From the sequence record SRR31156797_336: a DNA stretch of 27,834 nucleotides; one strand, given 5' to 3'. Of the stretch, positions 16,532 to 25,370 are shown one piece after another. The translations under genes and the position numbers were made by a program. Under the pieces are notes generated by a model. It searched no databases. It saw only the letters and a program-made list of their open reading frames with translations, and was not told where the DNA came from. Within the stretch, counting starts at the first letter, position 1; every line of letters begins with the position of its first letter.

Positions 16532-17694
16532 GATATAGCGTTAAATTTTTTATTCTTGTTTTTTGATTTACTCCTGTAATAAAACTCGGCACCTGGTATT
16601 GGATCGTTTATCAACTGAGCATACAAATCGATATGTCGTTGAGCTATTGTTGCCCAATTTCGATGTTTGTTGCTTTCTTTTATATTTTCACGAAACTCAT
16701 TTCGCAAATCATCATCTTGTAGCAATCTGGTTATTTGACTTATATATTCTTTATCCGATTCCGCATACAAACCTCCATTAACCTCAATAATCCAATTTTT
16801 AAAACTCTTTAAGTCTGATGTGATAACAGGTAACAATAAGGCTGAAGCTTGTGCTAGCACACCACTTTGACCACCTTTTGTATATGGAAGAGCTAAAACA
16901 TCAGCAGCACTTAAAATTGTATCTAATGTATATTGAGGAAACTTGCCATGTAAAACTTTAACATGTTTTTTCAAGCCGATATTATCAATGGATTGATATA
17001 TTTCATCTTTATAATCAGAATGTTCATTAATTCTACTTCTTGATGCTAATAATAATACCATATCATTGTTTTGTGCAACTAAATCGGGAAGAAGTGATAT
17101 TATTTTCTCAAAATTCTTAGTTGAACGTAAATATCCTGCCAAGAGTAAAACTTTCTTATCTTCTAAATTTAATAAAGCCTTTGCATTGGGTATTAAGTCA
17201 ACTTCTCTTACTCCATGTGGAATAACTACTATTGGGTTAAGACATTCATAATTGTTAATCAAAATTTCTTTCTGAAATGTTTCATGTACAATGATAGCAG
17301 AACTTAAATTTAAAATGTGTTGAACTATTATCTTTTCTTCATATTTTAAATCGTCAAAAACAGTATGTAAGGTTACAATGGTAGGCGTTTCAGCAAGTTG
17401 ACATCTAATTAAGAACTCAATAATTTGAACACCACGTTGTTCTCCAAATAATCCAAATTCATGCTCAACATGCACCAAATCAGGCGTTAATCTTTCAACA
17501 TAAAAGAAGAGCTTACCTGCAATGTCTTTATCTACAGGTGAATAGACTTCAAAAACATTATCTCCCTTGGCGCCAAGCTGACCCAACATTCTTATTTCCA
17601 TCCCCTTTGCAGCAACCGCATTACTTAAATATTGCGTGTAAGTTGCTATTCCACATTCAGTAGGTGGATAGGTTGATACATATGCAATTCTCAT
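16528..17694 (-). CDS. GT4 family glycosyltransferase (GT-B fold)
   Basis: STYPPTECGIATY, HEFGLFG, TLHTV, IPHG, LSAADVLALPY, QSGVLAQA. Confidence 0.9.
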   Translation of the reverse strand: MRIAYVSTYPPTECGIATYTQYLSNAVAAKGMEIRMLGQLGAKGDNVFEVYSPVDKDIAGKLFFYVERLTPDLVHVEHEFGLFGEQRGVQIIEFLIRCQLAETPTIVTLHTVFDDLKYEEKIIVQHILNLSSAIIVHETFQKEILINNYECLNPIVVIPHGVREVDLIPNAKALLNLEDKKVLLLAGYLRSTKNFEKIISLLPDLVAQNNDMVLLLASRSRINEHSDYKDEIYQSIDNIGLKKHVKVLHGKFPQYTLDTILSAADVLALPYTKGGQSGVLAQASALLLPVITSDLKSFKNWIIEVNGGLYAESDKEYISQITRLLQDDDLRNEFRENIKESNKHRNWATIAQRHIDLYAQLINDPIPGAEFYYRSKSKNKNKKFNAIS

Positions 17695-17699
17695 ATTTT

Positions 17700-18737
17700 T
17701 TACTTTAAATGATCCAATAACTCTTGAATGCTTGTAATCGCAAGACAGATCGTCTCATCACAAGCCCCATAATAAACCCATAATTCTCCATTACTTTTCT
17801 CAACCATTCCATTAGTAAATACAACATTTGGGAAGAATCCATTACGTTCGTATTCCTTCTCTGGTTTAAGAGCTGGAAGATCTCCTTTTTTTAGAATTTT
17901 AGTCGGGTCTTTTAAATCTACTAACAAGACTTTCAGTGTGTAAATACTATTTTCACCTTTGGCATGATAAAGAATTAACCAACCTTTGTCAGTTTTGATT
18001 GGAGATGATCCTCCACCTATTTTTTGACTTTCCGAGAGAGAACCATCAGGTCTTAGCAAACAAGTATGATGTCCCCAATTCATCATATCTGGCGAAGTCG
18101 CGTACCAAATAGAAGGCAAACCAAATCCTTTATTATCCGGTCGGTGTATTGCTGCATATTTTCCATTTATTTTTTCAGGGAAAAAAGCAACATCCTTATT
18201 TAATGGGGGAAAGATAATTCCCAATTTTTCTACAGAAATAAAATCTGTTGTCTTCGCCAGTACAGTTACATATCCATCACCTGAAACTCCAGTATAATTG
18301 ATATAATAGGAATCATCTATTTTAACAATACGAGCATCCTCAACTCCGAAACATTCATAATCCAGTTCTGGTGATATAAAAGATTGGCTATCAACAGTAA
18401 AATGCACACCATCATTACTTCTGGCTAATCTAATATGACTAATGGTTGAAAGATAATCTTTGCCTTTGTAGAAAAAGCCTCTGGTATCTTTAAAAATTAG
18501 ATTAGGATCGTTCTTTTTAACTCTAATAACTTCAGCTTCACCATGATTATAATAAGGAATTGTTACAAAATTTTTATCAGGAAGGCAATTCTCCGCCACT
18601 CTCATCAATAGAATAGTTTGATCTTGGTACAGTGCCACTCCGGGATTGAAAGCTCCTAACACTTGAAAAGAAGGATTAGAAGGCTTAACATCTTTCGGGA
18701 AAAGTAATGGATTATCCGGATGTCTTTTCATTGCCAC
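17700..18737 (-). CDS. Glycoside hydrolase family 130 protein (beta-mannoside phosphorylase-like)
   Basis: KRHPDNPL, AFNPG, LMRVAE, SHIRLARSNDG, GVEDARI, NKDVAFFPEKINGKYAAIHRP, KIGGGSSPI, ILYH, GFFPNVVF, YYGACD. Start is GTG 18737 or ATG 18731. Confidence 0.9.
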   Translation of the reverse strand: MAMKRHPDNPLLFPKDVKPSNPSFQVLGAFNPGVALYQDQTILLMRVAENCLPDKNFVTIPYYNHGEAEVIRVKKNDPNLIFKDTRGFFYKGKDYLSTISHIRLARSNDGVHFTVDSQSFISPELDYECFGVEDARIVKIDDSYYINYTGVSGDGYVTVLAKTTDFISVEKLGIIFPPLNKDVAFFPEKINGKYAAIHRPDNKGFGLPSIWYATSPDMMNWGHHTCLLRPDGSLSESQKIGGGSSPIKTDKGWLILYHAKGENSIYTLKVLLVDLKDPTKILKKGDLPALKPEKEYERNGFFPNVVFTNGMVEKSNGELWVYYGACDETICLAITSIQELLDHLK

Positions 18738-19138
18738 TAAGACATTTGAATCAAATTGGTGAAATTTAAATACTTACCAGCATCTTCACCATACGAATGA
18801 ACCTTTTCTTCTGATATTTGGTAAGTACACCTTTCTCCGTATACCCCAGAAAAGAGAATTTCATATTCATGATCCTCTTCATCCTGCATCAAAATTTTAT
18901 AGATATTTTCATGTACTTTAGAATCTTTCAAACTCTTATGACACGATGGACAAAACATATTTAGTTTTTCATTTTCCTCCATATCAAAATTCGGATGCTT
19001 TAAAATTTCATAATCTCCAAGATGAATACTAAATAACAATACACCTCGTTGACCTTTTTCATTTTTAGCTGAAATAACAATTCTATCACTTACATTAAGG
19101 TAAGCTCTACAGTGTGGACATATATAATTTGCATTCAT
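18737..19138 (-). CDS. Hypothetical protein with two CxxC motifs (putative zinc ribbon)
   Basis: ATG at 19138; YICPHC and FCPSC, plus LFSGVYGERCTY. Its TAG stop overlaps the GH130 GTG start (TAGTG). Confidence 0.75.
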   Translation of the reverse strand: MNANYICPHCRAYLNVSDRIVISAKNEKGQRGVLLFSIHLGDYEILKHPNFDMEENEKLNMFCPSCHKSLKDSKVHENIYKILMQDEEDHEYEILFSGVYGERCTYQISEEKVHSYGEDAGKYLNFTNLIQMS

Positions 19139-19306
19139 AATAACTTGTTTTAGTGATACATTTCTATAAAAAAATATACGCCAATAAAAGAAGAAAGTCA
19201 ATTAAAATAGCTTATAATCAGACACTAATCAACAATATAATTTGAATGTAAAAAATACCTTAGTCAATAAGTTTCTATACTACTTCTTATTCAATATTAA
19301 TTCCTA

Positions 19307-19314
19307 TATATTTG
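19307..19314 (+). promoter_or_regulatory. Candidate -7 promoter box
   Basis: TATATTTG about 45 nt upstream of the 19359 ORF, in a divergent intergenic region. Confidence 0.35.
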
Positions 19315-19358
19315 AGACTAGACATGAAGTAATTTAGTCAGAAAAGGAAAGCTTAGAT

Positions 19359-19733
19359 TTGAAAACAGCGATAAATATAATAAGGTGGGTTGCACGATTT
19401 TTAGGAGTATTCTTATTCCTGTTTTTTGTTTGGTTTGCCATTGAAATTGGCGCACCAGATTTCGACGTAATGACAGTTCAGGAAGTAAAATTATTTAGTG
19501 CAAATTTTATGATGTTGCTTGGATTAATTGTTGTTTGGAAGTTTGAATTAATTGGCAGTATAATCTTGATTGGCTCTTACATATTTTTTTCGTTAGTAAA
19601 TCATTCCTTTTGGGTAGGACCAGTTTTTCCTATTTTTCTTTTTATAGGTATATTACATCTGCTCTGTTGGCTCTCCAATTGCATTTCACTTTTGCAAAAG
19701 AATAAATTTTCATTAAATTTTTTGTTAAAATAA
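19359..19733 (+). CDS. Hypothetical membrane protein (about 4 TM helices)
   Basis: TTG start; IIRWVAR then hydrophobic helices, VWKFELIG, PIFLFIGIL. Confidence 0.7.
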   Translation: MKTAINIIRWVARFLGVFLFLFFVWFAIEIGAPDFDVMTVQEVKLFSANFMMLLGLIVVWKFELIGSIILIGSYIFFSLVNHSFWVGPVFPIFLFIGILHLLCWLSNCISLLQKNKFSLNFLLK

Positions 19734-19833
19734 TAAATGCAAACACGATTTATTCCCAATATATATAGTGTTTGTAGAGCAAATTTTATTATTTTTGACA
19801 TATTACTATCTTAACAAACATAAATATAACCAC

Positions 19834-21003
19834 ATGTTAAACATTGCACTATTTGGACCTCCCGGTGCAGGGAAAGGAACTCAATCGAAAATGCTAATTG
19901 AGAAATACAATTTAGCATACATATCTACAGGAGATATACTTCGAAAGGAGATTGCAGAAGGATCGGAATTAGGTTTACAAGCAAAAGATATAATCAAAAA
20001 GGGTGGGTTAGTACCCGATGAAATAATTGTTCAGATAATTGAAGAACGAATTAAAACCAATACCGAAGTTAAAGGTTTTCTTTTCGATGGATTTCCTCGA
20101 ACTACTGTTCAGGCATATATTCTGGAAGGATTATTGCTTAAAATGAATACCAAGTTAGATTGTATGTTGAGTTTGGAAGTTCCTGCGGATCAACTACGCA
20201 ATCGTTTGCTTGAAAGAGCAACAAAAGAGAATCGAGCAGATGATACTGAAGAGGTAATAAATGTTCGTTTGCAGGAGTACGATACTAAAACTGCACCAGT
20301 TGCAACATTCTACAAAGAGAAGGATATCTATCATGGTATTGATGGATTGGGTGGAATCAATCAAATATTCGATAGATTAACTAATATTGTTGATCAGACT
20401 CTGGAGAAATCCTGGATTAATTTAGTCTTACTTGGACCTCCGGGCTCGGGTAAAGGCACGCAAGGTAGAAAACTAGCTGAAAAATTTAATCTCGTCTATA
20501 TTTCTACTGGTCACCTGATGAGACAAGAGATAAAAAAAGGTACTGAGATGGGAAACAGTGCTAAAACTTACATCGAAAAAGGAGATATTGTACCCGATGA
20601 AATTGCGATTAAACTTATCGAGCGTCAAATTAAGAAACATCCTGATGCAAATGGTTTTATCTTTAAAGGTTTCCCAAGAACCATTGTTCAAGCCTATATA
20701 TTAGATGGGTTGTTGAGAAAGCTTGAATCTACTGTTACCTCTGCAATTAATTTAAATGTACCAACACTTGAATCGATTAAGAGACTAACTGCTAGAAGTA
20801 AAACTCAGAGCAAAAGAGCTTACGATGCGGATACAGATATTATTATTCATCGCTTAGAACAGCATGAAAAAAGAAGTATTAAAGTTGGAGAATATTACTC
20901 CAAACAATCCAAACTCGATCTCGTTAATGGTGTAGGAGATGAAGACACAGTTGCGAATCGATTAAGTGAATCAGTAATCGAATCCTTTAAAAAGATTAGA
21001 TAA
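19834..21003 (+). CDS. adk: Adenylate kinase with two tandem AK domains
   Basis: ATG at 19834. Domain 1: GPPGAGKGTQ, STGDILR, LVPD, FDGFPR, RADD. Domain 2: GPPGSGKGTQ, STGHLMR, IVPD, FKGFPR, RAYD. Confidence 0.9.
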   Translation: MLNIALFGPPGAGKGTQSKMLIEKYNLAYISTGDILRKEIAEGSELGLQAKDIIKKGGLVPDEIIVQIIEERIKTNTEVKGFLFDGFPRTTVQAYILEGLLLKMNTKLDCMLSLEVPADQLRNRLLERATKENRADDTEEVINVRLQEYDTKTAPVATFYKEKDIYHGIDGLGGINQIFDRLTNIVDQTLEKSWINLVLLGPPGSGKGTQGRKLAEKFNLVYISTGHLMRQEIKKGTEMGNSAKTYIEKGDIVPDEIAIKLIERQIKKHPDANGFIFKGFPRTIVQAYILDGLLRKLESTVTSAINLNVPTLESIKRLTARSKTQSKRAYDADTDIIIHRLEQHEKRSIKVGEYYSKQSKLDLVNGVGDEDTVANRLSESVIESFKKIR

Positions 21004-21006
21004 ATT

Positions 21007-21042
21007 AAATAAGCCGTTTTTTACAAAACGGCTTATTTTTTC
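21007..21042 (+). terminator. Intrinsic terminator after adk
   Basis: AAATAAGCCGTTTT-TTAC-AAAACGGCTTATTT perfect 14-bp stem followed by a T-run. Confidence 0.88.
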
Positions 21043-21159
21043 TAGTTATCTGAAATTTTGCATACTTGACAAGCAGAGAATATAAATTGATCAAATCTCA
21101 TCCTGTATAAAGGTGTAATTTTATTAAAATTGTACGTTTATACATCCATTTATTCGCCT

Positions 21160-22260
21160 ATGTTTCTAGAAAATCCAAAATTAGATGATTTGTTGTCTTG
21201 CTTGAAACAGCGAAATGTTCAGGCAACAGACAATATTCTGCTTCTTGTTGCGGAAGAATGCGAAATCTGTTTGGAGAAAATGGTTTCTGCTTTAAATAAA
21301 CAAAATTACAACTTTGCAGGTGGTGTTTTTCCAAAGGTTGTTAACAACAATAGAGTCAGTTCAACTGGTCTTGTCTTAAAAGCTGTTGCTATGGATGTTT
21401 TTCCTGTTTATTTTAATACACAGGAAGATTTCGAAGAACAGTTTTCAGATTATCAAAATCATAATTTCACAACAGCATTTACCTTAACCGATGGTATTTC
21501 AGATTCAGTTTCCAACCATCTAAGAACTTTATTTACCTATTTAGGTAATGATGTTAATTTTATTGGTGGCGGGGCAGGACGACTAACAACGAATAAATCT
21601 AAAGGTATTCTTTTTGATAATGATGGAATATACAATACTGGGACTTTGGTAATTTTCATGGAGAATCCTACTAAAATATCAGCAAGTCATGGTTGGAAAT
21701 AATCTGTAGGTCCATTCATCGTTACGAAATCGAAAAAAAATATAATTAAAGAGCTAAATTGGGAAAATGCTTTTGATGTTTATAAAAAATGCTTGATTGA
21801 GACTCAAAACATTCAATTGAACAGAGAAAATTTCAACACACATTCCATTCACTATCCATTCGGCATTTATAAAGAAGAACGTGATTATATTGTGAGAGAT
21901 GCCATTGAATTAACAGAAGAAGGCTGCATTCGATGTGTTGGAAATATTCCCGAAAATTCATTGGTTGATTTACTAACTATTCAAACAAAAGACATATCTG
22001 AAATTCCTGATTTTTTAGTAAATAAGTGCATTATCAATGGGAAAAAGACTCCTGAAATACTAATTTTCGATTGCATTTCAAGAGCTGGACACTTCGGCAA
22101 TGATTTTCATATTGAATTGGATGGAATTCATAATCAAATACAAAAAGTATATCCAAACGGTAAACTTGAAGGAGTTCTTTCCATCGGTGAAATTTTTTCA
22201 AATGGAGAGGGCTATTTAGAATTACTCAATAAATCCGTTGTTTTAGGTTTTTCTTATTAA
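21160..22260 (+). pseudogene. FIST-N/FIST-C domain sensor protein (NosP-like) interrupted by one in-frame TAA at 21700-21702
   Basis: ORFs 21130-21702 and 21793-22260 share a frame. Read-through gives SHGWK*SVGPFIVTKSKKNIIKELNWENAFDVY. FIST motifs GGVFP, DG, IGGGAG, HGW, YPFG, VRD, DCISR, GVLSIGEI, LNKS. Confidence 0.85.
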
Positions 22261-22265
22261 TTTTA

Positions 22266-23972
22266 ATGATAATGGATACGAATCGTATTATAACAGATAT
22301 TTCATTTCTTTATGAACTTTCCCTTTCGGTGGGACAGTCATTAGACAAAAAGGTGAATTGCAAAAAATTTCTTCATACTTTAATGTCTCGTAAAAACCTT
22401 GAATTTGGTGGTGTTTGGCTAAGAAGTTATAATATTCCTTACTCTGAAGAAACTTCGGGTTACCGTGCAATATATTCACATCCTATCATAAAATTAGAAT
22501 CAGAATACGTTTCAGATTCTGAATTTTTAAATAGTTGTTTCGATAATTCGGACTCCTTTTCGGTAAAATTAGATTCAAAAATCTGTCAAGCCATTGGTTT
22601 CAAATTTAAAAATAGAGGAGTTGTAACTTTTTTTAAACTGCAGGAGTTGGGTTTTTTAGTACTCTATTCTTCTTCAGAACAAACCTGGAGTCAAATAGAA
22701 CAAACGAAACTAAAAAATGTAATCAATAAATTTTCCATTTCCATAAAAGCTTGTTTGTTTCACGAAAAATCAATTCACGATTTAATTACGATTTCCAAAA
22801 CTCAAAATGAATTAAAAAAAGCCAAGCTAAAAGCAGAGGAATCTAACGAATTAAAATCGGCATTTTTATCGAATATTAGTCACGAATTTAGAACTCCAAT
22901 TAATTCTATTGTGGGTTTTTCTAATTTACTAACCGATTCAGATATACCACCAAGTCAACATAGCGAATTTGTATCTCATATATCATCTAATAGCAATAAA
23001 CTACTAAAATTGATCAACAACCTTCTTGATGTATCTAAGATGGACTCGAATCAATTAGTTATTGAGAGAGAAAATTTCAATATAAACCAATTGATTCGAG
23101 AGATTCATTCCAAATATCTAATAAATGATTCAAGTACAAATCAAAATGACATATCCATTTCAATTCCTGACAATTACGAAGAATTAACTATTAATTCAGA
23201 TAAGAAGAAATTTCTTCAGATTTTTGAAAACTTAATCGATAATGCATTAAAATTTACCTCGAATGGGAATGTGGAATTTGGCTTTTATATGGATGATTAT
23301 AAATGTCCGGTATTCTTCATAAGAGATACTGGGGTTGGTATTTCTAAAGACACTCAAGATGTAGTATTTGACACCTTTAGACAAGTTGAAGGAGACTCAA
23401 AAAGGAAATTTGAAGGATCTGGTTTAGGCTTAACTCTCTGTAAAAAATTACTGGATTTAATGAATGGTGAGATATGGTTTGACTCGGAAGAAAATGTGGG
23501 TAGTAATTTTTATTTCAGACTTTCTGGAACTGGTCGAATAAAAATGGATTATATCAACGACAATAACACTGAAATTGATTATTTCAATAAAATTAAATCT
23601 ATCGAGTATTCTAAAAAGAATATTTTAATAGCTGAGGATGTTAAATCTAATTTCAACTATTTAAACGCTATAATTGAATTAACAGATGCAAATGTCATTT
23701 GGGCAAAGAATGGAAAAGATGCGATACAAATTTGTCAGAATAATAATCCAAAAATAGATTTGGTTTTAATGGATATTAGAATGCCTGAAATAGGTGGTTT
23801 GGAGGCTATAAATCAAATAAAATCTACAAACAGATCCATTCCAGTAATTGTACAAACTGCATTTGCCATGGCAAATGAAAAGGAAGAATGCTTAAATGCT
23901 GGCGCCAATGACTTTATCACTAAACCAATTGACCCACAAACATTAATGCAAATTTTACAACAGTATTTGTAA
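22266..23972 (+). CDS. Cytoplasmic hybrid sensor histidine kinase / response regulator
   Basis: HisKA FLSNISHEFRTPINSI; HATPase NLIDNALKFT, DTGVGI, GSGLGL; receiver AED, DLVLMDIRMP, QTA, KP; no TM helices. Confidence 0.93.
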   Translation: MIMDTNRIITDISFLYELSLSVGQSLDKKVNCKKFLHTLMSRKNLEFGGVWLRSYNIPYSEETSGYRAIYSHPIIKLESEYVSDSEFLNSCFDNSDSFSVKLDSKICQAIGFKFKNRGVVTFFKLQELGFLVLYSSSEQTWSQIEQTKLKNVINKFSISIKACLFHEKSIHDLITISKTQNELKKAKLKAEESNELKSAFLSNISHEFRTPINSIVGFSNLLTDSDIPPSQHSEFVSHISSNSNKLLKLINNLLDVSKMDSNQLVIERENFNINQLIREIHSKYLINDSSTNQNDISISIPDNYEELTINSDKKKFLQIFENLIDNALKFTSNGNVEFGFYMDDYKCPVFFIRDTGVGISKDTQDVVFDTFRQVEGDSKRKFEGSGLGLTLCKKLLDLMNGEIWFDSEENVGSNFYFRLSGTGRIKMDYINDNNTEIDYFNKIKSIEYSKKNILIAEDVKSNFNYLNAIIELTDANVIWAKNGKDAIQICQNNNPKIDLVLMDIRMPEIGGLEAINQIKSTNRSIPVIVQTAFAMANEKEECLNAGANDFITKPIDPQTLMQILQQYL

Positions 23973-24063
23973 AGAAAAATTTTCCAATAAAAAATGATAA
24001 AACCTAATTCTCTTCATTCTTAATAAAAGTCTTATAATTCATATTAAGTTAAATGTAGCGCAT

Positions 24064-24099
24064 ATAAAAAAGGGACCTGATTTAGATCCCTTTTTTTAT
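24064..24099 (-). terminator. Intrinsic, probably bidirectional, terminator between convergent genes
   Basis: Minus strand reads AAAAAAAGGGATCT-AAATC-AGGTCCCTTTTTT; A/T runs on both sides. Confidence 0.8.
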
Positions 24100-25269
24100 T
24101 TATTCCATTCCGTCTAATTTAGACTTCATTTCATTATATTTTTCAAGATACTCTTCCTTTTCGTTTCTTAATTTGAAATACAGCTCCTTCAATAACATCA
24201 TTGAATTCTTTTCATCTGGTTTCATTTCTAAAACTTTTGTGAAGTATGGAAGTACATTTTCGTACTCAACGTAAATACCTTTAATCGCCTCATTGTACTT
24301 CTTAGCATCCATAATTTCATTTACTTCTTTATGCTTAGCACTTACTGCGTTCAAATTAAGAAGTCCAATGTTATACTGAGATGTAAAATCATTAGGGTCT
24401 AATTCTAATGCTTTAGCATACATTTCCTCAGCTTTATCAAACTCTTCAGTTTTCTCATATAAAGTACCTTTTGCTCTGTAAAATGAACCATTCTCAGGAT
24501 CTAATGCTATTGCTTTATCTAAATAATCAGCTGCCTTCTGAGGCTCTCCTCCTAGCATATAGTAGTTAATCAATTCAACCAACATCCAAGAATCATTTGG
24601 AAATAGCTCAAATCCCTTGTGAAGATATTTTACAGACTCTTCTTCATTTCCAGCCTTTTTAAGAACATTAGACAAGTTTGCATAAGATTTTGCACCACCA
24701 TAATTGTGTTCAATTGAAAGTCTGTAATATTTAATTGCTTTCTCAAAATTTTCTGATTTTTGAGCTGCCATACCTGCATTAAAAATTACAGCTGTATCAA
24801 TAACTGGATTGTCTTTAAACATATCCATTGACTCAATTGTAAGAACTTTTTCAAAAGCAGCTAATGCACCTGCATAATCTGATTGATTATATAAGTTAAC
24901 CGCTTCATTAGTATAATTTGGAATCATGTTAGTCATCTGTGCTTTCACAGGCTTTTGCATTTTTCCTTTTTGATCTAACTCTAGAGCTTTCAAATAAGCA
25001 TCATAAGCTATATCAAGTGGTGTTTTAGATAACTCTTTGTAAGCAGGAAGTGGGCTTTCAAAAATCCCCTGGTATACTTTACCTTTTACTAGATATGCTT
25101 TTGCATAAGCCACACACTTTTCGTGCTGAATACCTTCATCAATAGCTTCCTTTGCCTTATCTAACTTACCTGAATTTAGATAATTCTGTGCCCCAGTCAC
25201 TTTGCTTTTTTGAGCGAATACTGTTGAAACGCACATAAGCATAACTAGAATGAATGATAATTTTCTCAT
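24100..25269 (-). CDS. Secreted tetratricopeptide-repeat protein downstream of gyrA
   Basis: ATG at 25269; signal peptide ending VFA-Q; multiple TPRs (YLDKAIALDPEN, YAKALELDPND). Confidence 0.88.
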   Translation of the reverse strand: MRKLSFILVMLMCVSTVFAQKSKVTGAQNYLNSGKLDKAKEAIDEGIQHEKCVAYAKAYLVKGKVYQGIFESPLPAYKELSKTPLDIAYDAYLKALELDQKGKMQKPVKAQMTNMIPNYTNEAVNLYNQSDYAGALAAFEKVLTIESMDMFKDNPVIDTAVIFNAGMAAQKSENFEKAIKYYRLSIEHNYGGAKSYANLSNVLKKAGNEEESVKYLHKGFELFPNDSWMLVELINYYMLGGEPQKAADYLDKAIALDPENGSFYRAKGTLYEKTEEFDKAEEMYAKALELDPNDFTSQYNIGLLNLNAVSAKHKEVNEIMDAKKYNEAIKGIYVEYENVLPYFTKVLEMKPDEKNSMMLLKELYFKLRNEKEEYLEKYNEMKSKLDGME

Positions 25270-25370
25270 AATCAATGTTTAGTTTTTATAACAATCTTGA
25301 ACAAAAATATGTTTTTCTTTTAAATTTTTGAACAAGAATAAGCATTTTATAATTATTCTAAGTTTTACAA

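Noticed and set aside
15044..18737. Polysaccharide utilisation locus
   Set aside because: No SusC/SusD pair, no exported glycosidases and no HTCS or ECF regulator nearby.
3635..19833. Longest-ORF starts from the track (3635, 4836, 7127, 8723, 14321, 19201, 19768)
   Set aside because: These use TTG or GTG codons inside upstream genes, hairpins or promoter regions. Downstream ATGs restore signal peptides or family-typical N-termini.
21700..21702. Selenocysteine, pyrrolysine or alternative genetic code read-through in the FIST gene
   Set aside because: The codon is TAA, not TGA or TAG, and TAA is the normal stop of most genes here.
21793..22260. Independent FIST-C gene
   Set aside because: The TTG start lies within continuous in-frame FIST sequence, so it is the distal half of one interrupted gene.
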